Source: Octopus bimaculoides (taxonomy: Eukaryota). Taken from it: a stretch of DNA of 34,846 nucleotides. The stretch lies in contig NC_069003.1 of the NCBI RefSeq assembly GCF_001194135.2, positions 5,906,545-5,941,390 on the forward strand, in the 5' to 3' direction. The translations under genes and the position numbers were made by a program. The notes beneath the pieces are model-generated. The model did no database searches. It was not told the origin of the DNA and saw only the letters and a list, made by a program, of their open reading frames with translations. Below are positions 32,671 through 34,846 of the stretch, piece after piece (position 1 is the stretch's first letter; each line of letters begins with the position of its first letter).

Positions 32671-33500
32671 ATGACACTAATAATTCCTACTCTAGGCACA
32701 AGGCTAGGGAAGGGTTACCCGATTACATGAACTACAGTACTTAAGTGGTACTTGTTGACCCCAGACAGAATGTAAAGATCAAGACAAAATGTCGCTAAGA
32801 ATCTTTTCCAATGCACTAATTCTTTTTGCCAGCTTGCTGTCTTAATAATAATCCTTTCTATTGCAGGCACAAAGCCTTTATTTATTTATTTATTTATTTA
32901 TTTTTGGTGGGGAGAGTCTAGTCGATTATATCAACCCTACTGCTTAACTAGAAGCTATTTTATTGATCCTGAAAGGAAGAAAGGCAGAGTCAACCTTGGC
33001 GGAATTTGAACTCATTAAGCCGGAAGAAATGCTCTTGAACATTTTGCCTGTCAATGCTAATAATTCTGCTAGCTTGCCACCTTAATAAACAACAATCCTT
33101 TCTACTATAGGCAAAAAGCTAACAAATTTGGGAGGAAGAGAAGTGGTGGGGCTACTTAATTACAATGACTCCACTGTAGTAACTGGAACTTGTTTTATCA
33201 ATCTCGAAAGGATGAAAGGCAGAGTCAACCTTTGAAGCTTTTGAACTCAGAATGTAAAACTGGACAAAATGCTGGCAAGAATTTTACATGAATATAGGCA
33301 TAGCAATGCTTATGGTTGGAGAAGGACAAAGTTATCAACACCAGTACACAACTGGTATTCCTTATATATTTTTATCAATTCCAGAGTCATGAACAGCAAA
33401 GTCAAACAGCAGCTGAATTCCAACAAAGAACATAAAGAGTTGCCCCTTAAAAACACCACAAAGTCTTTAGTTAATTGTTCTATTTGCTAATAACTTCCAC
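32671..33500 (-). mobile_element. Four head-to-tail type-N (Deu/Nin-like) SINE copies
   Basis: Repeated blocks at about 32671-32845, 32850-33085, 33095-33310 and 33310-33500, each with variants of GATTACATCGACCCC...ACTGGTACTT...GAAAGGATGAAAGGCAGAGTCAACC...GAATTTGAACTCAG, separated in part by AATAATAAT tails. Confidence 0.78.
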
Positions 33501-33642
33501 CCTACTTGTAGTGCTGATCTTAAAAGCACAAAAGTGAAAATTTATCTATATGTGTATGTTTATGTGCATATATGAAAGTAAGCACACATGCAACTATTAT
33601 ATGCATATCTATACAATATGTGTATATATGCGTGTGTGTATA

Positions 33643-33686
<44 letters not shown>

Positions 33687-34272
33687 CATATAAGTATACA
33701 CACAGACATTTGTCTACAATTACATATATATCTATACATGTATTTAAATACATACACGCAAACTCTTAAACTCACGAAGACATACAGATACATACATAGT
33801 TAAAGGTGTACACACAAACACACATGTACACAAGGATGTGTGTCTGCATAAACATGTTCCATGTAAAAACAAAGCCAGCTCCACTAGTTTTAAAAATATA
33901 GGTAACATAACACAAAAGGAAAAAAATATTCAAAAAAACATATTTCAAAACAAAACATAAAAAACTACATAATGAAACCAAAAGTCAATTAGTAATAATT
34001 ATACTAATTTCTGCCAACGTTTTTTTTTTCTTCTTCACTAGAAAAAAGAATCATTTCTTGTGTTGCATGGAAAAAAAGATATATTTATACTTACACACAC
34101 ACATATATATATATGCATACACACACCATTAAGTGTATGTTTGTGTGTGTGAGTATATGTATATATATCTATATATGCACATACATACATATATATATAT
34201 GCGCATACATATATATATATGCGCATACATATATATACACACATACGTATATATACACATACATACATATAC

Positions 34273-34336
<64 letters not shown>

Positions 34337-34373
34337 GAACATGAAGTGCATATAAACATACATATACATACAT

Positions 34374-34407
<34 letters not shown>

Positions 34408-34589
34408 ATGAATGTGTATATATCTATGTATTTATGTACGCATGTACATGAATGTATTATGAAGACAGTTTATCGTCTTCACTAACTGCCTGGTTTTAAT
34501 TCTTGGGCTCCTTTGATTCCATCTTGTAGATTATAGTACAGTCTGTGAAGTCCACTGAAGCATGCAATGTGAGGTGAGTGTGTTGCAAA

Positions 34590-34620
<31 letters not shown>

Positions 34621-34779
34621 AATGTATATAGGTAGATACGTAGATAGAAACATAATTTTCTTTTTCTTCAGTTCTAAATGTCTGGATGGCGGTATTAATT
34701 CTGATGACGACGACAATGATGACGTAGTTTGGAAATGAGAATCACAAAGAAAGAAAGAAGAGTGTGATAGTGATTATTA

Positions 34780-34781
<2 letters not shown>

Positions 34782-34846
<65 letters not shown>
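34782..34846. repeat. (TA)n microsatellite running off the window end
   Basis: Direct reading. Confidence 0.95.

Noticed and set aside
32176-34411. YI/CV/HT-rich ORFs
   Set aside because: They are translations of TA/CA/TG microsatellites.

Overview
Eukaryotic, gap-rich scaffold sequence. No complete gene can be supported. The repeats resemble the SINE and RTE-LINE families I recall from octopus/coleoid cephalopod genomes; this is recognition only, and no database search was run. Bases 1-20042 are one CpG-saturated complex satellite built from AACG/TACG tetramers. It has a three-tier structure: 4 bp, then subunits of about 470-620 bp, then a higher-order unit of about 2.2 kb. A block of about 6.6 kb (6127-12769) lies in the opposite orientation. 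Bases 20143-34846 are AT-rich intronic/intergenic-type DNA. They contain two decayed RTE-clade LINE copies (one with a Cys-rich zinc-finger-like insert after the RT core), tRNA-derived SINEs of at least four modular types, two long fold-back elements (26780-26994 and 31975-32176), two cryptic minisatellites, many dinucleotide microsatellites and a few weak candidate micro-exons. All long ORFs in the supplied track, apart from the RTE remnants, are artefacts of simple repeats or N-gaps.
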